NCBI GenBank assembly: GCA_030648835.1
Contig: JAUSGT010000003.1
Coordinates: 1,307 to 65,306, forward strand
Direction: 5' to 3'
DNA: 64,000 nucleotides
From: Candidatus Moraniibacteriota bacterium
GTDB lineage: Bacteria; Patescibacteriota; Minisyncoccia; Moranbacterales; UBA1568
Shown: positions 56,244 through 64,000 of the stretch, piece by piece
How positions within the stretch are numbered: the stretch's first letter is position 1
Layout of the letters: the number at the start of each line of letters is the position of its first letter
The notes under the pieces: generated by a model
What the model was told of the DNA's origin: nothing
Seen by the model: the letters and a program-made list of their open reading frames with translations, nothing else
The model's database searches: none
Program-made: the position numbers and the translations under genes

Positions 56244-56381
56244 AAAATGCAAAAATCAACTCATCCCAAGTAACCCCCATTGTCATTCTGAGCAGAGCGA
56301 AGAATCCCGTTATAAAAAGCAACTGCTTCTTCCATTCGAGATCCTTCACTCCGTTCAGGACGACAGCCAAGTAAGGGAAGA

Positions 56382-58268
56382 ATGAAATTAAATAAAAAAG
56401 ACATGGCACAAAGAACTCCCATTATTGATATAGAGGCACAAGGAGCGGACGCTTCCAAGAAGAAAAGCGTGCTTGATATTTTTAATCGTCCAAAAAAAAT
56501 GAGCGCTGCCGAGACGCTCTATCAGCGCGGGGTTGCCACCATCAGGGACTTGATCGCACCTCCGGCCATCAAGCTCAGCCCCAACACGATGCAGATCGGT
56601 GAGATCGTGTCGCGTACATATTTTGTTATCACCTACCCGCGCTTCCTCTCCACCAATTGGTTCTCGCCGATTATCAATATTGATTTCGCGATGGATATCG
56701 CGCTCTTTGTGCACCCTATCGATACGGCGGAAATTTTGAAGACACTTCGCAAGTCGTCGACGCAGGTGCAGTCACAGATTCGTATCGAAACTGAAGGCGG
56801 GAAAGTGCGCGACCCGGTCTTGGAAACCGCGCTCGAAGACATCGAGGGTTTGCGTAACAACCTGCAACAGGGTACGGAGAAATTTTTCCGTTTCGGTCTC
56901 TATATGACTGTCTATGGGAGTGACGAGAAAGATCTGAACGGGAAATGTCAATCGATAGAGGCTATTCTCGAAGCTCAGCTGGTATATACGAAACCGGCGG
57001 TGATGCGTATGGACCAGGGGTTCGCGGCGACTCGGCCGTTGGCGAACGATGTTTTGGATGTCGCCAACAACCTGAATACGGAACCGCTCTCGACCACTTT
57101 CCCCTTCGTTTCTTCCGATCTCTCTTCCAATGAAGGTATTCTCTATGGTATCAATCGCCACAACAACAGTTTGATATTGTTTGATCGTTTCAAGATGGAA
57201 AACGCCAATATGGTGGTGTTCGCCAAATCCGGCGCCGGCAAAAGCTACACTGTGAAATTGGAAGTTTTGAGATCGATGATGTTCGGATCAAGCGTCATTA
57301 TCATCGATCCGGAGAATGAATACAAGCATTTGTGCGAGGCCGTGAGTGGGACGTTTTTGAAGGTTTCGCTCAATTCCGATGTTCATCTCAATCCTTTTGA
57401 TTTGCCGAAGAAAATCGAGGATGAGGATAGCGTGGGGCTGTTCCGCAACACTATTGCCAATCTCATCGGGCTGCTTCATCTGATGCTCGGTTCCGTGACA
57501 CCGGAAGAGGACTCTATTCTCGATCGCGCTATCCGGGAAGCATATGCCATCCGCGATATTACAGAGACGAGTGATTTTTCGATCCTTACTCCAAACTCAT
57601 TTCCGACCATGTCCGATCTCTACGCGGTGTTGGAAAATATGGAGGGAGCAGAGTCGCTTGCGGCGCGCTTGGAGCGCTATACGGAAGGGATTTTTGGCGG
57701 TTTTCTCAACAAGCAAACCAATGTGGAAACGGACAATCAGCTGGTCGTCTTCAACATTCGTGATTTGGAAGATGAGCTTCGGCCGATTGCGATGTATATC
57801 ATCCTGCAATTTATCTGGAACGAAATTCGTTCGCATATGAAGAAACGCGTGATTGTGGTGGATGAGGCGTGGGTGATGATGCAGCACGAGGATGCCGCGG
57901 CCTTTCTTTTCGGTATCGCCAAACGTTGTCGCAAATACTATACGGGATTGACGACTATTACCCAGGATATCGGGGACTTTGCTTCTTCGCGTCATGGCAA
58001 ACCGATTATTACCAACTCCTCGATGCAACTTCTCTTGCGCCAATCGCCATCCTCCATTGATCTGGTGGCGGAAACATTCTACCTCACGGATCACGAGAAA
58101 TTTCTCCTGCTTGAGAGCAATGTGGGAGAGGGAATTTTCTTTGCCGGGTCCAAACACGCGGCTATCAAAGTGATCGCCTCCTACAGCGAAGATCAGATTA
58201 TTACTTCCGACCCGCGGCAATTACTCGAGATTGAACAGGCCAAAAAAGATTTCGATGCAGGGCAGTGA
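56382..58268 (+). CDS. VirB4/TrbE/CagE-family type IV secretion ATPase
   Basis: Walker A VVFAKSGAGKSYTVKLEV, Walker B RVIVVDEAWVMM, downstream ITQDIGDF and C-terminal motifs of VirB4-type ATPases; 628 aa. Confidence 0.75.
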   Translation: MKLNKKDMAQRTPIIDIEAQGADASKKKSVLDIFNRPKKMSAAETLYQRGVATIRDLIAPPAIKLSPNTMQIGEIVSRTYFVITYPRFLSTNWFSPIINIDFAMDIALFVHPIDTAEILKTLRKSSTQVQSQIRIETEGGKVRDPVLETALEDIEGLRNNLQQGTEKFFRFGLYMTVYGSDEKDLNGKCQSIEAILEAQLVYTKPAVMRMDQGFAATRPLANDVLDVANNLNTEPLSTTFPFVSSDLSSNEGILYGINRHNNSLILFDRFKMENANMVVFAKSGAGKSYTVKLEVLRSMMFGSSVIIIDPENEYKHLCEAVSGTFLKVSLNSDVHLNPFDLPKKIEDEDSVGLFRNTIANLIGLLHLMLGSVTPEEDSILDRAIREAYAIRDITETSDFSILTPNSFPTMSDLYAVLENMEGAESLAARLERYTEGIFGGFLNKQTNVETDNQLVVFNIRDLEDELRPIAMYIILQFIWNEIRSHMKKRVIVVDEAWVMMQHEDAAAFLFGIAKRCRKYYTGLTTITQDIGDFASSRHGKPIITNSSMQLLLRQSPSSIDLVAETFYLTDHEKFLLLESNVGEGIFFAGSKHAAIKVIASYSEDQIITSDPRQLLEIEQAKKDFDAGQ

Positions 58269-58310
58269 GGTTGGGGGAGAATGATAAGAGAAATTTGAAT
58301 ACTTACGCTT

Positions 58311-58892
58311 ATGGCATCGGAACCGTCCGCGGCATCAAAAGCCGCTTCTCAAGCAAGACGGCGTGCTATGGGGAAAGCACGGCGGGCCGTACGCAAGGCG
58401 GTACCCAAGACAAAATTTACTGGAGAGAAACCATCCTTCATGCTCTATGGTGGAGCGACCATTATTGCACTTTTCAAAGATTTGCTTGATTTTGTGGGGA
58501 TTGGGTCACTTCCGGCTATTGGCACGGTAGTAACTATTTGTTTCAGCTTGCTTATTTTTATTTTATTAACGGTTTTCGATAACTCTGGAGGATGGAACAA
58601 AACCAACAGGGTGATAATGCGCGGGCTGGTCTTTACCTTAGTGGCTATTTTTGAGGGAATTTTCTTTGGGCTTAATTTTTTGCCATTGGAAACATTTACT
58701 GTGATTGGACTTTATCTTTTTGCACGCCATACATGGAAAGAAGAGGATATAAAAGCTAAAGAGGAAAATCGACTCTCGGCACAGCAAACACGCGAGGAAC
58801 AGATACAAGAAGGGCGGTACGCGAGGATAGAAGAGGAAAGAAGGCAGGAAGAAATGGCACGAGAGCAAGCAATGACTGGTGGTAACAGTTGA
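58311..58892 (+). CDS. Hypothetical membrane protein (possible pilin/VirB2-like component)
   Basis: Basic N-terminus, 3-4 TM segments, charged C-terminal tail; in T4SS-like cluster. Confidence 0.3.
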   Translation: MASEPSAASKAASQARRRAMGKARRAVRKAVPKTKFTGEKPSFMLYGGATIIALFKDLLDFVGIGSLPAIGTVVTICFSLLIFILLTVFDNSGGWNKTNRVIMRGLVFTLVAIFEGIFFGLNFLPLETFTVIGLYLFARHTWKEEDIKAKEENRLSAQQTREEQIQEGRYARIEEERRQEEMAREQAMTGGNS

Positions 58893-58924
58893 TAGATAAT
58901 AGGAGGGGGGTATAATTTAAGAGT

Positions 58925-59581
58925 ATGTTGGAAACACTTTCGAAAAATCGGCGGTTTGTGGTGACGGGGTTGCTCGTTGTGTTTTCCATTTTGTTTTTGG
59001 GATTTTTCCCCGAGAACGATCGCTTGAGTCCGGCATTCCAGGGGCTGATTGTCAGTCTGGCATTTTTCTTGGTCATTCCTCTCTTGTATAGTAAAATAGT
59101 GCTAAGAGAGTCCTTGAAAAATATCGGCTTGCAGAAGGGAAATTTTGGAGCAGGGGTGCTGATTGGCACCGCTTCCGTCATCCTCGCCGTCATACTGGTG
59201 GTCTTCTTGGCGTTCACATTTCCTCCATTCCGCGCGCAGTATGTCTTTCCGGCTTTGATTGAAACAGGCTTTGTATGGTTTGTGCTTTATGAGCTTGTTC
59301 TGGTTCCTTTCATGATTATTCTGTACGAGGTGTTTTTCCGCGGGCTGGTGGAATTGCTCTGGCTCAAAGCGTTCGGACTCTGGGCCGTTTTCATCCAGAC
59401 AGGGATATTTCTCGGTTTTTCATACTTGAGCCATGACGTTTCTTGGCAGAGGCTTCCCTTCCTCATTTTCTGCCCGCTGGCGGGGTTTATCGCCTATCGC
59501 TCAGGATCTCTCTGGTATTCGTTCGCGGCCAGCTGGGTGTTCCTCTTTTTGACTGATATTTTTTTCCTCGTATTTCGTTAA
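58925..59581 (+). CDS. CPBP-family (CAAX/Abi-like) intramembrane protease
   Basis: Polytopic; LYEVFFRGL (E-E-x-x-x-R-like motif) and later SHD/His in TM context resemble CPBP motifs. Confidence 0.4.
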   Translation: MLETLSKNRRFVVTGLLVVFSILFLGFFPENDRLSPAFQGLIVSLAFFLVIPLLYSKIVLRESLKNIGLQKGNFGAGVLIGTASVILAVILVVFLAFTFPPFRAQYVFPALIETGFVWFVLYELVLVPFMIILYEVFFRGLVELLWLKAFGLWAVFIQTGIFLGFSYLSHDVSWQRLPFLIFCPLAGFIAYRSGSLWYSFAASWVFLFLTDIFFLVFR

Positions 59582-59590
59582 AAAATTCTT

Positions 59591-62473
59591 ATGAGGTTTT
59601 CTCGCAAAAAACAAACAGCATTCTTGAGTTTTTTTCTTATCCTGGAATTTTTTGTTGTGAGCGCCCTGCCTGCTTCGGCCGGACTGTTTGGTGGTGGAGG
59701 GAGTATGCCATCGGCATCGAGTATGCTATCCGAGATGGAGCAGCGCTATCATCTGAATCTTGGTGCTATACAAAATCAAGGCGAGGGATTCAATGTATCG
59801 GGTGATAAAAACCCGGCGCCGGAAGTCTCACTTTTTTTCAGTCCCAGCGATCCGAAAGAGGGTCAGAAACTTTCGGCGAAAGCGTTTCCTATTTATTTTT
59901 CGAATACTGAAGAATCACTTTACTATACCTGGTATCTGAAGCGAGCGGGTTGTGATTTGGATGATAATGTTACGGATAATGACACTCTTGATCTTTGTAA
60001 TGCTTCCGATCCCAATCGTGGAACATCTCGCCGAGAAGATCCGGGCGATATTACTGTTGAGGATTGGAAAATCGAGGCGATGAGAATTCTTGTGCAAAAT
60101 GGGTATGACAAAGAGGATGCCAATTATGCTACGAACACAGATGACAGTGACGGGTACAGAGCAAAGTTTGGTGGAGATAACAAAGTAAATCCGCCAAATT
60201 ATTGCTACGCCCATGACAGTGTTTCAGGAATAAATTATGAGCTTGCGGAAAATATAAATGAGCCATCTTTTGGTGATTGTGGGGATGGTTATACCCCGAT
60301 GTGTCTGGTTGGTGAGGGGCAGGCAAATGCAGGTACAGTAGACTTTACCAGTCCTAGTCAACAGAGCGTTTTTAATTTCACCGATACCGGCAAGTGTTAT
60401 GTTTCCGGTTACCCGACTTGCTCAGCGAGTACCCCTACCTGCAGCGTTGGTTTTGCTCGTTGCGTGGCAAACTCCGCTGCAGAAAATGATTGTGGAACGG
60501 CGATTTCTTCTTGTACTGCCGGTACGGATTCAGGCGATGCCAATCCGGTATGTGAACATCTCTTCCCGAATGCCCCAGGACATAAAACAGCACAACGGGA
60601 GAGTAATGATTCCTATTCTTTCAATCCAGATGAAGAAGAATTTTGGGGTACCAATCCACAGGACCCCAGTACGGCAGACAATGGTAATAAAGACGAAGCC
60701 AATGTAGCCGGCCTAGGCCAATCAACGTTTGCTTGGAACTATGTTTCCGGAGATCAGGTGGGGGTAGCGGTCGAGGGGTCTTCGATGATTCCGACGAAGC
60801 ATAACGATTCTTCGTATATGATTATGTGGGCTTTCCCGAAAAAAGACTGTCCCGTAACGAATACGGGTTCGTATACGCAATCCATCCGTGGGTATACGGT
60901 TACCATACAGGCAGTGGATGTGGAAGGCGAAGATACGTTTGATCTGAATGACTGTATCAAAAAAAACTTGGTTGATCCGACGCAGGGTGGGCAGGCGACG
61001 AATCTCGATGTCAGTGTGACGGCGACTCCGGACAATCCTATTAACGATAGTACTGATGATAAGAGCGGAGATGTTGTTGTGGTTCAAACAAATGTAAACA
61101 ATGCTCAGCACAATGTGACGGATATATTTTTTGATTGGAGAGTAGAAATAAAAGATGATATGAATTTTAATGACAGTAACGGTAGGCTTGACATTACTGA
61201 AAAATTGCGAGAGTGGGGACTTTTGGGTAACACCAGAGGGAATGCTCTTGATAGTATTCGGATGAAACTGGATATTTTGGATAATAATACGTACAAGTTT
61301 AGTGATGACAGTAAACTTTCTGATTATTTGAATGATGGTGTCGGATATTTGCGTTTCAAATCCAGTGTGACGGAGAACTTTTCCGGTTCAGCTGTTCGTA
61401 AGGGGAAAAGCGATGTTATCGTGAAATTTACATCAACAGACAAGAAAATTATTGCCTACAGAGCGGGAGTATCATCCGGGAGAGTGACGATTGCAGGAGG
61501 GGGAGCAGGCGAGATTTGTCCTGATCCTACTCAAAATCCTCCAGCCCCCGCTTACGAACAGGCCCTTGATCGAGCTACGTGTCGGGTAATTAAAAATGAT
61601 ATTATTGGCTTAAAAGTTGAAAGTTCTAGCGGTGTTTCTTTATCGAATTTCTATTGGACCGTGAACGGCAGTCCGCTGATTTGTTCTACTAAGGTTTCTA
61701 CTGCCTGTAGCGATACAGAGCAGAGGAATGTGAACTTTTTTCCCGTGACGGGGAATCTTGGGGATACTTATACTGTGACGGTGACGGGGAGTGATGTGAA
61801 TACGGGCAACACATTGACGTTGACACGGACTTTTGTTGTAGTGTCACCGGAAGTTTCCATAGTATCCTCGAATAGAGATATCGCTTGGCCGAGACTTCTC
61901 GGACAGTACAGGGATATTACGGGCAATACCGCTGTTTGCCCCGAGGGGCTCTGCAATGATGAGAGTACATCCATGTTTGAGGCATTTCCCGGCAGTACGC
62001 TTGGTTTTCGCGCTGTATTTATTCCCGGTTCTCTTGAGGGTATAGCAGAAAAAAAATGGTCTCTTGATGGAGTAGCGACAAACGTAAATACTTCAGGAGA
62101 AATCGGGTTTGTAGCCGATAAATTGGTAGGTGGAATATATAATATAGGATTGACAGCTCAAGTAAAACAGCCAAATGAAACTCGGCGCGCCCTGCTTGAC
62201 ATTTGGGGGATTTCGCCTTTTGATTCTCCGGAAATAAATTTCTCTACGGCTATTCAGGTACAGCTACAGAGTCAAGATCTCGCTGTAGGGCCGCAGAATG
62301 GCCCACGAAAATATCTGGCCGCTATTGTATCGTATATTCCGGCATCAGTGATGTTTACATTCCGCATATTTTTGAGTGGCATACTTATTCTCTTTGTGAC
62401 CGGCTTTCTCTACACGCTTCTTGAGGATCGCCGAGCAAAAGCCCTCGAGTCTCCCTCCTCGGGAAGAGAGTAA
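59591..62473 (+). CDS. Large (960 aa) Cys-rich secreted protein with C-terminal membrane anchor (putative surface adhesin / pilus-associated)
   Basis: Signal peptide FLSFFLILEFFVVSALPASA; >30 Cys; C-terminal TM (ILILFVTGFLYTLL) followed by basic RRAK. Confidence 0.5.
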   Translation: MRFSRKKQTAFLSFFLILEFFVVSALPASAGLFGGGGSMPSASSMLSEMEQRYHLNLGAIQNQGEGFNVSGDKNPAPEVSLFFSPSDPKEGQKLSAKAFPIYFSNTEESLYYTWYLKRAGCDLDDNVTDNDTLDLCNASDPNRGTSRREDPGDITVEDWKIEAMRILVQNGYDKEDANYATNTDDSDGYRAKFGGDNKVNPPNYCYAHDSVSGINYELAENINEPSFGDCGDGYTPMCLVGEGQANAGTVDFTSPSQQSVFNFTDTGKCYVSGYPTCSASTPTCSVGFARCVANSAAENDCGTAISSCTAGTDSGDANPVCEHLFPNAPGHKTAQRESNDSYSFNPDEEEFWGTNPQDPSTADNGNKDEANVAGLGQSTFAWNYVSGDQVGVAVEGSSMIPTKHNDSSYMIMWAFPKKDCPVTNTGSYTQSIRGYTVTIQAVDVEGEDTFDLNDCIKKNLVDPTQGGQATNLDVSVTATPDNPINDSTDDKSGDVVVVQTNVNNAQHNVTDIFFDWRVEIKDDMNFNDSNGRLDITEKLREWGLLGNTRGNALDSIRMKLDILDNNTYKFSDDSKLSDYLNDGVGYLRFKSSVTENFSGSAVRKGKSDVIVKFTSTDKKIIAYRAGVSSGRVTIAGGGAGEICPDPTQNPPAPAYEQALDRATCRVIKNDIIGLKVESSSGVSLSNFYWTVNGSPLICSTKVSTACSDTEQRNVNFFPVTGNLGDTYTVTVTGSDVNTGNTLTLTRTFVVVSPEVSIVSSNRDIAWPRLLGQYRDITGNTAVCPEGLCNDESTSMFEAFPGSTLGFRAVFIPGSLEGIAEKKWSLDGVATNVNTSGEIGFVADKLVGGIYNIGLTAQVKQPNETRRALLDIWGISPFDSPEINFSTAIQVQLQSQDLAVGPQNGPRKYLAAIVSYIPASVMFTFRIFLSGILILFVTGFLYTLLEDRRAKALESPSSGRE

Positions 62474-62515
62474 GAAGAAGAAATAATTTTTCCGAATTCG
62501 TAACCAAAAAAAGAA

Positions 62516-62551
62516 CCCCGCCCTTCGATAAACTCAGGGCGGGATTTTTTT
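62516..62551. terminator. Bidirectional Rho-independent terminator
   Basis: CCCCGCCC/GGGCGGG stem flanked by AAAAAAA upstream and TTTTTTT downstream; sits between convergent genes. Confidence 0.7.
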
Positions 62552-62567
62552 GGTTTAGAGGGTCTTT

Positions 62568-62732
62568 TTACAAGAGCCCTATTTGGCCAAAGAAGGTGAG
62601 GCTGATGACGGGAACGAGAGCCAGCAAGAATGCCAAGCTTATCTCTTCGTTTTTTGTTGCTTCCTCTGCTGCTTTTGCGCAGTTACCACATTCTGCCGTG
62701 GTCTGCGGAGATTCGGTTGTCCCGGTCTCCAT
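62568..62732 (-). CDS. Small (55 aa) hypothetical membrane protein not in ORF track
   Basis: ATG at 62732 with GGAG 7 nt upstream; METGTTESPQTTAECGNCAKAAEEATKNEEISLAFLLALVPVISLTFFGQIGLL; ends at bidirectional terminator. Confidence 0.35.
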   Translation of the reverse strand: METGTTESPQTTAECGNCAKAAEEATKNEEISLAFLLALVPVISLTFFGQIGLL

Positions 62733-62971
62733 TTGGATTTCTCCCATAAAATTATTTTATGTTAATTTTTATTGGCTCCACGCGGCACCTAAATCGACTT
62801 TTAGGCTTCGTTTGGAGCATGTTGAGAAAGAAAAAACGGATGTCTGGCAATCATGCCTTTCACCCGTTTTTCATTTCTCAACATATCTAGTATAGCGCAA
62901 AGTAAGGGAAAAGTCAAGGCTGGTTGGATTTTGGTGATTCTGTTTTTTCGGGTATACTGATAAATGTATAT

Positions 62972-63712
62972 ATGAAAAATATGCGTAAAAAAATTTATGG
63001 GACAGCCCTCATTGCTGTCGCGATGCTTCTCTCCGGTTGTACGATGCGGACTGCCGAGGTACGCAAAGAAAGCAAAGCGCCGAGCGACTTGAATTTCTTT
63101 TCTGAAACAAAAAACCAGAGCGCGGCTGTTCCACAGAAGAAACCGGAAAGTGAAGCCCCACAAACCCCACCTGTTCCTCCTTCTAACAATGTAACAAAAA
63201 AGAAAATGTACACGACACAACCACCGATGACTCTCGCCACCACCAAAGAATATTCTGCCACCCTCAAAACCGATGCGGGTGACATTGTTCTCGCTCTCGA
63301 CGCCAAAACAGTGCCGATCACGGTCAATAATTTCGTTTTTTTGGCCCGTGAAAAATTTTATGAAAATACTATTTTCCACCGGACGATCAAGGGATTTATG
63401 ATCCAGGGTGGCGATCCGGAGGGGACCGGAGGTGGTGGCCCCGGCTACAAATTTGCCGATGAGCCGTTTACCGGTGAATACACTCGCGGTACGCTGGCCA
63501 TGGCCAATGCGGGGCCGAATACCAACGGAAGTCAATTCTTCATTGTCCACAAAGACACTGCTCTCCCCAAAAGCTATGTGATATTTGGGCGTGTGACGGC
63601 CGGTCTGGACGTCGTTGACACAATTGCGGAGGCCAAAACCTTGTCAGGCGGAGAAGGGTCATCACCGGTCACGCCGGTACAGGTGCAAACAGTCGTTGTT
63701 ACCGAGAAGTAA
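62972..63712 (+). CDS. ppiB: Peptidyl-prolyl cis-trans isomerase, cyclophilin type (lipoprotein)
   Basis: Lipoprotein signal (LLSGC); FHRTIKGFMIQGGDPEGTGGGGPGYKFADE and GTLAMANAGPNTNGSQFFI are cyclophilin signatures. Confidence 0.85.
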   Translation: MKNMRKKIYGTALIAVAMLLSGCTMRTAEVRKESKAPSDLNFFSETKNQSAAVPQKKPESEAPQTPPVPPSNNVTKKKMYTTQPPMTLATTKEYSATLKTDAGDIVLALDAKTVPITVNNFVFLAREKFYENTIFHRTIKGFMIQGGDPEGTGGGGPGYKFADEPFTGEYTRGTLAMANAGPNTNGSQFFIVHKDTALPKSYVIFGRVTAGLDVVDTIAEAKTLSGGEGSSPVTPVQVQTVVVTEK

Positions 63713-63720
63713 AGGAAAAT

Positions 63721-64000
63721 ATGCCACAAAAGCGGCTATCAGTATGCGGAGTTTTCTTCTCCCGCCTCGTTTTTCATCTGACGGGGTTTTTGGCAATACT
63801 TTTCTTGGTTTTTGGAGGGATGTCCGTTGTTTCGGCACAAACAGTTTTTCCACAGGAAGCATTGGCGGATTTGATCAAGCCTTCCATCGTCCGTATTGTG
63901 GAACACGTTGAGGGGATTGCCAGGATTCCTGAAATAAAAGTCGATATTCGCAAGCATTCGGTAACTGTGGTCCCCGGTAAGTACAATGATGTTCCGGTGG
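63721..64000 (+). CDS. Partial CDS: secreted protein, possible trypsin-like (HtrA-type) protease N-terminus
   Basis: Signal peptide (AILFLVFGGMSVVSA) then ...LIKPSIVRIVEHV...; truncated by window end. Confidence 0.3.
   Translation, partial: MPQKRLSVCGVFFSRLVFHLTGFLAILFLVFGGMSVVSAQTVFPQEALADLIKPSIVRIVEHVEGIARIPEIKVDIRKHSVTVVPGKYNDVPV

Noticed and set aside
56261-56458. 65-aa minus-strand ORF in the spacer upstream of the VirB4 gene
   Set aside because: It overlaps the VirB4 start region, has no RBS and a low-complexity sequence. It is likely spurious.
55554-58268. Interpreting ORFs 55554-56243 and 56382-58268 as a VirB4 gene split by a frameshift or insertion
   Set aside because: The 628-aa product already contains an N-terminal region plus complete Walker A/B ATPase domain, and the upstream 229-aa protein has no ATPase motifs. 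The 140-nt gap contains no obvious frame-restoring continuation. More likely these are two separate genes.
1-64000. Alternative genetic code (UGA recoded as Gly, as in Gracilibacteria/SR1)
   Set aside because: TGA serves as the stop of the MFS transporter at 29131-29133 with nothing sensible downstream. Conserved proteins (pnp, gyrA, ftsH, ispG) terminate at expected positions with TAA/TAG.

Overview
This 64-kb window reads like a small, AT-leaning bacterial genome using the standard code, with dense short genes and TGA used as a stop (for example at 29131-29133). The gene content resembles a Candidate Phyla Radiation / Patescibacteria (Parcubacteria-like) organism, but that placement is inference only.

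Seven tRNA genes are supported:
- tRNA-Met/Ile2(CAT) at 53-125
- tRNA-Gly(GCC) at 243-314
- tRNA-Cys(GCA) at 5939-6009
- tRNA-Leu(TAA) at 6026-6108
- tRNA-Arg(CCT) at 10493-10564, minus strand
- tRNA-Ala(GGC) at 11332-11404, minus strand
- tRNA-Val(GAC) at 15768-15841, minus strand

Recognisable housekeeping genes include rbfA, an rpsA-gmk-tilS-ftsH operon, gyrA, ispG, rpsO, pnp, comM/yifB, rsmA, pcrA/uvrD, xerC/D, lspA and peptidylprolyl isomerase. A methyl-cycle cluster (PfkB-family kinase, adenosylhomocysteinase, compact metK) sits behind a SAM-I riboswitch.

Accessory content:
- A tRNA-bounded island at 1-6100 carries a GNAT-like protein, a P-loop kinase, an EEP nuclease, an alpha/beta hydrolase and a 3D-domain protein.
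- A free-standing HTH plus LAGLIDADG-like endonuclease gene lies between two tRNAs.
- Three secreted peptidoglycan-remodelling proteins: a 3D-domain protein, a DUF348-G5-RlpA protein and a LysM-CHAP hydrolase.
- A type IV secretion-like cluster at 50.8-62.5 kb with VirB6/TrbL-like, PrgI/VirB3-like and VirB4 ATPase genes, a CPBP protease and a 960-aa Cys-rich anchored surface protein.

The most unusual feature is at 11.8-13.1 kb. Thirteen copies of a perfect palindrome (core TGTTCCACGTGGAACA) sit inside a single uninterrupted 583-codon O-antigen-ligase-like gene. The copies are translated in all three frames, which is reminiscent of Rickettsia palindromic elements.

Other candidates:
- A strong sigma70 promoter firing into about 520 nt of ORF-free structured sequence (possible ncRNA).
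- A duplicated tRNA-Gly 3' end plus terminator/promoter module flanking an asparaginase gene (att-like scar).
- Repeated hairpin motifs near tRNAs.
- A NYN-domain predicted RNase inserted between rpsO and pnp.
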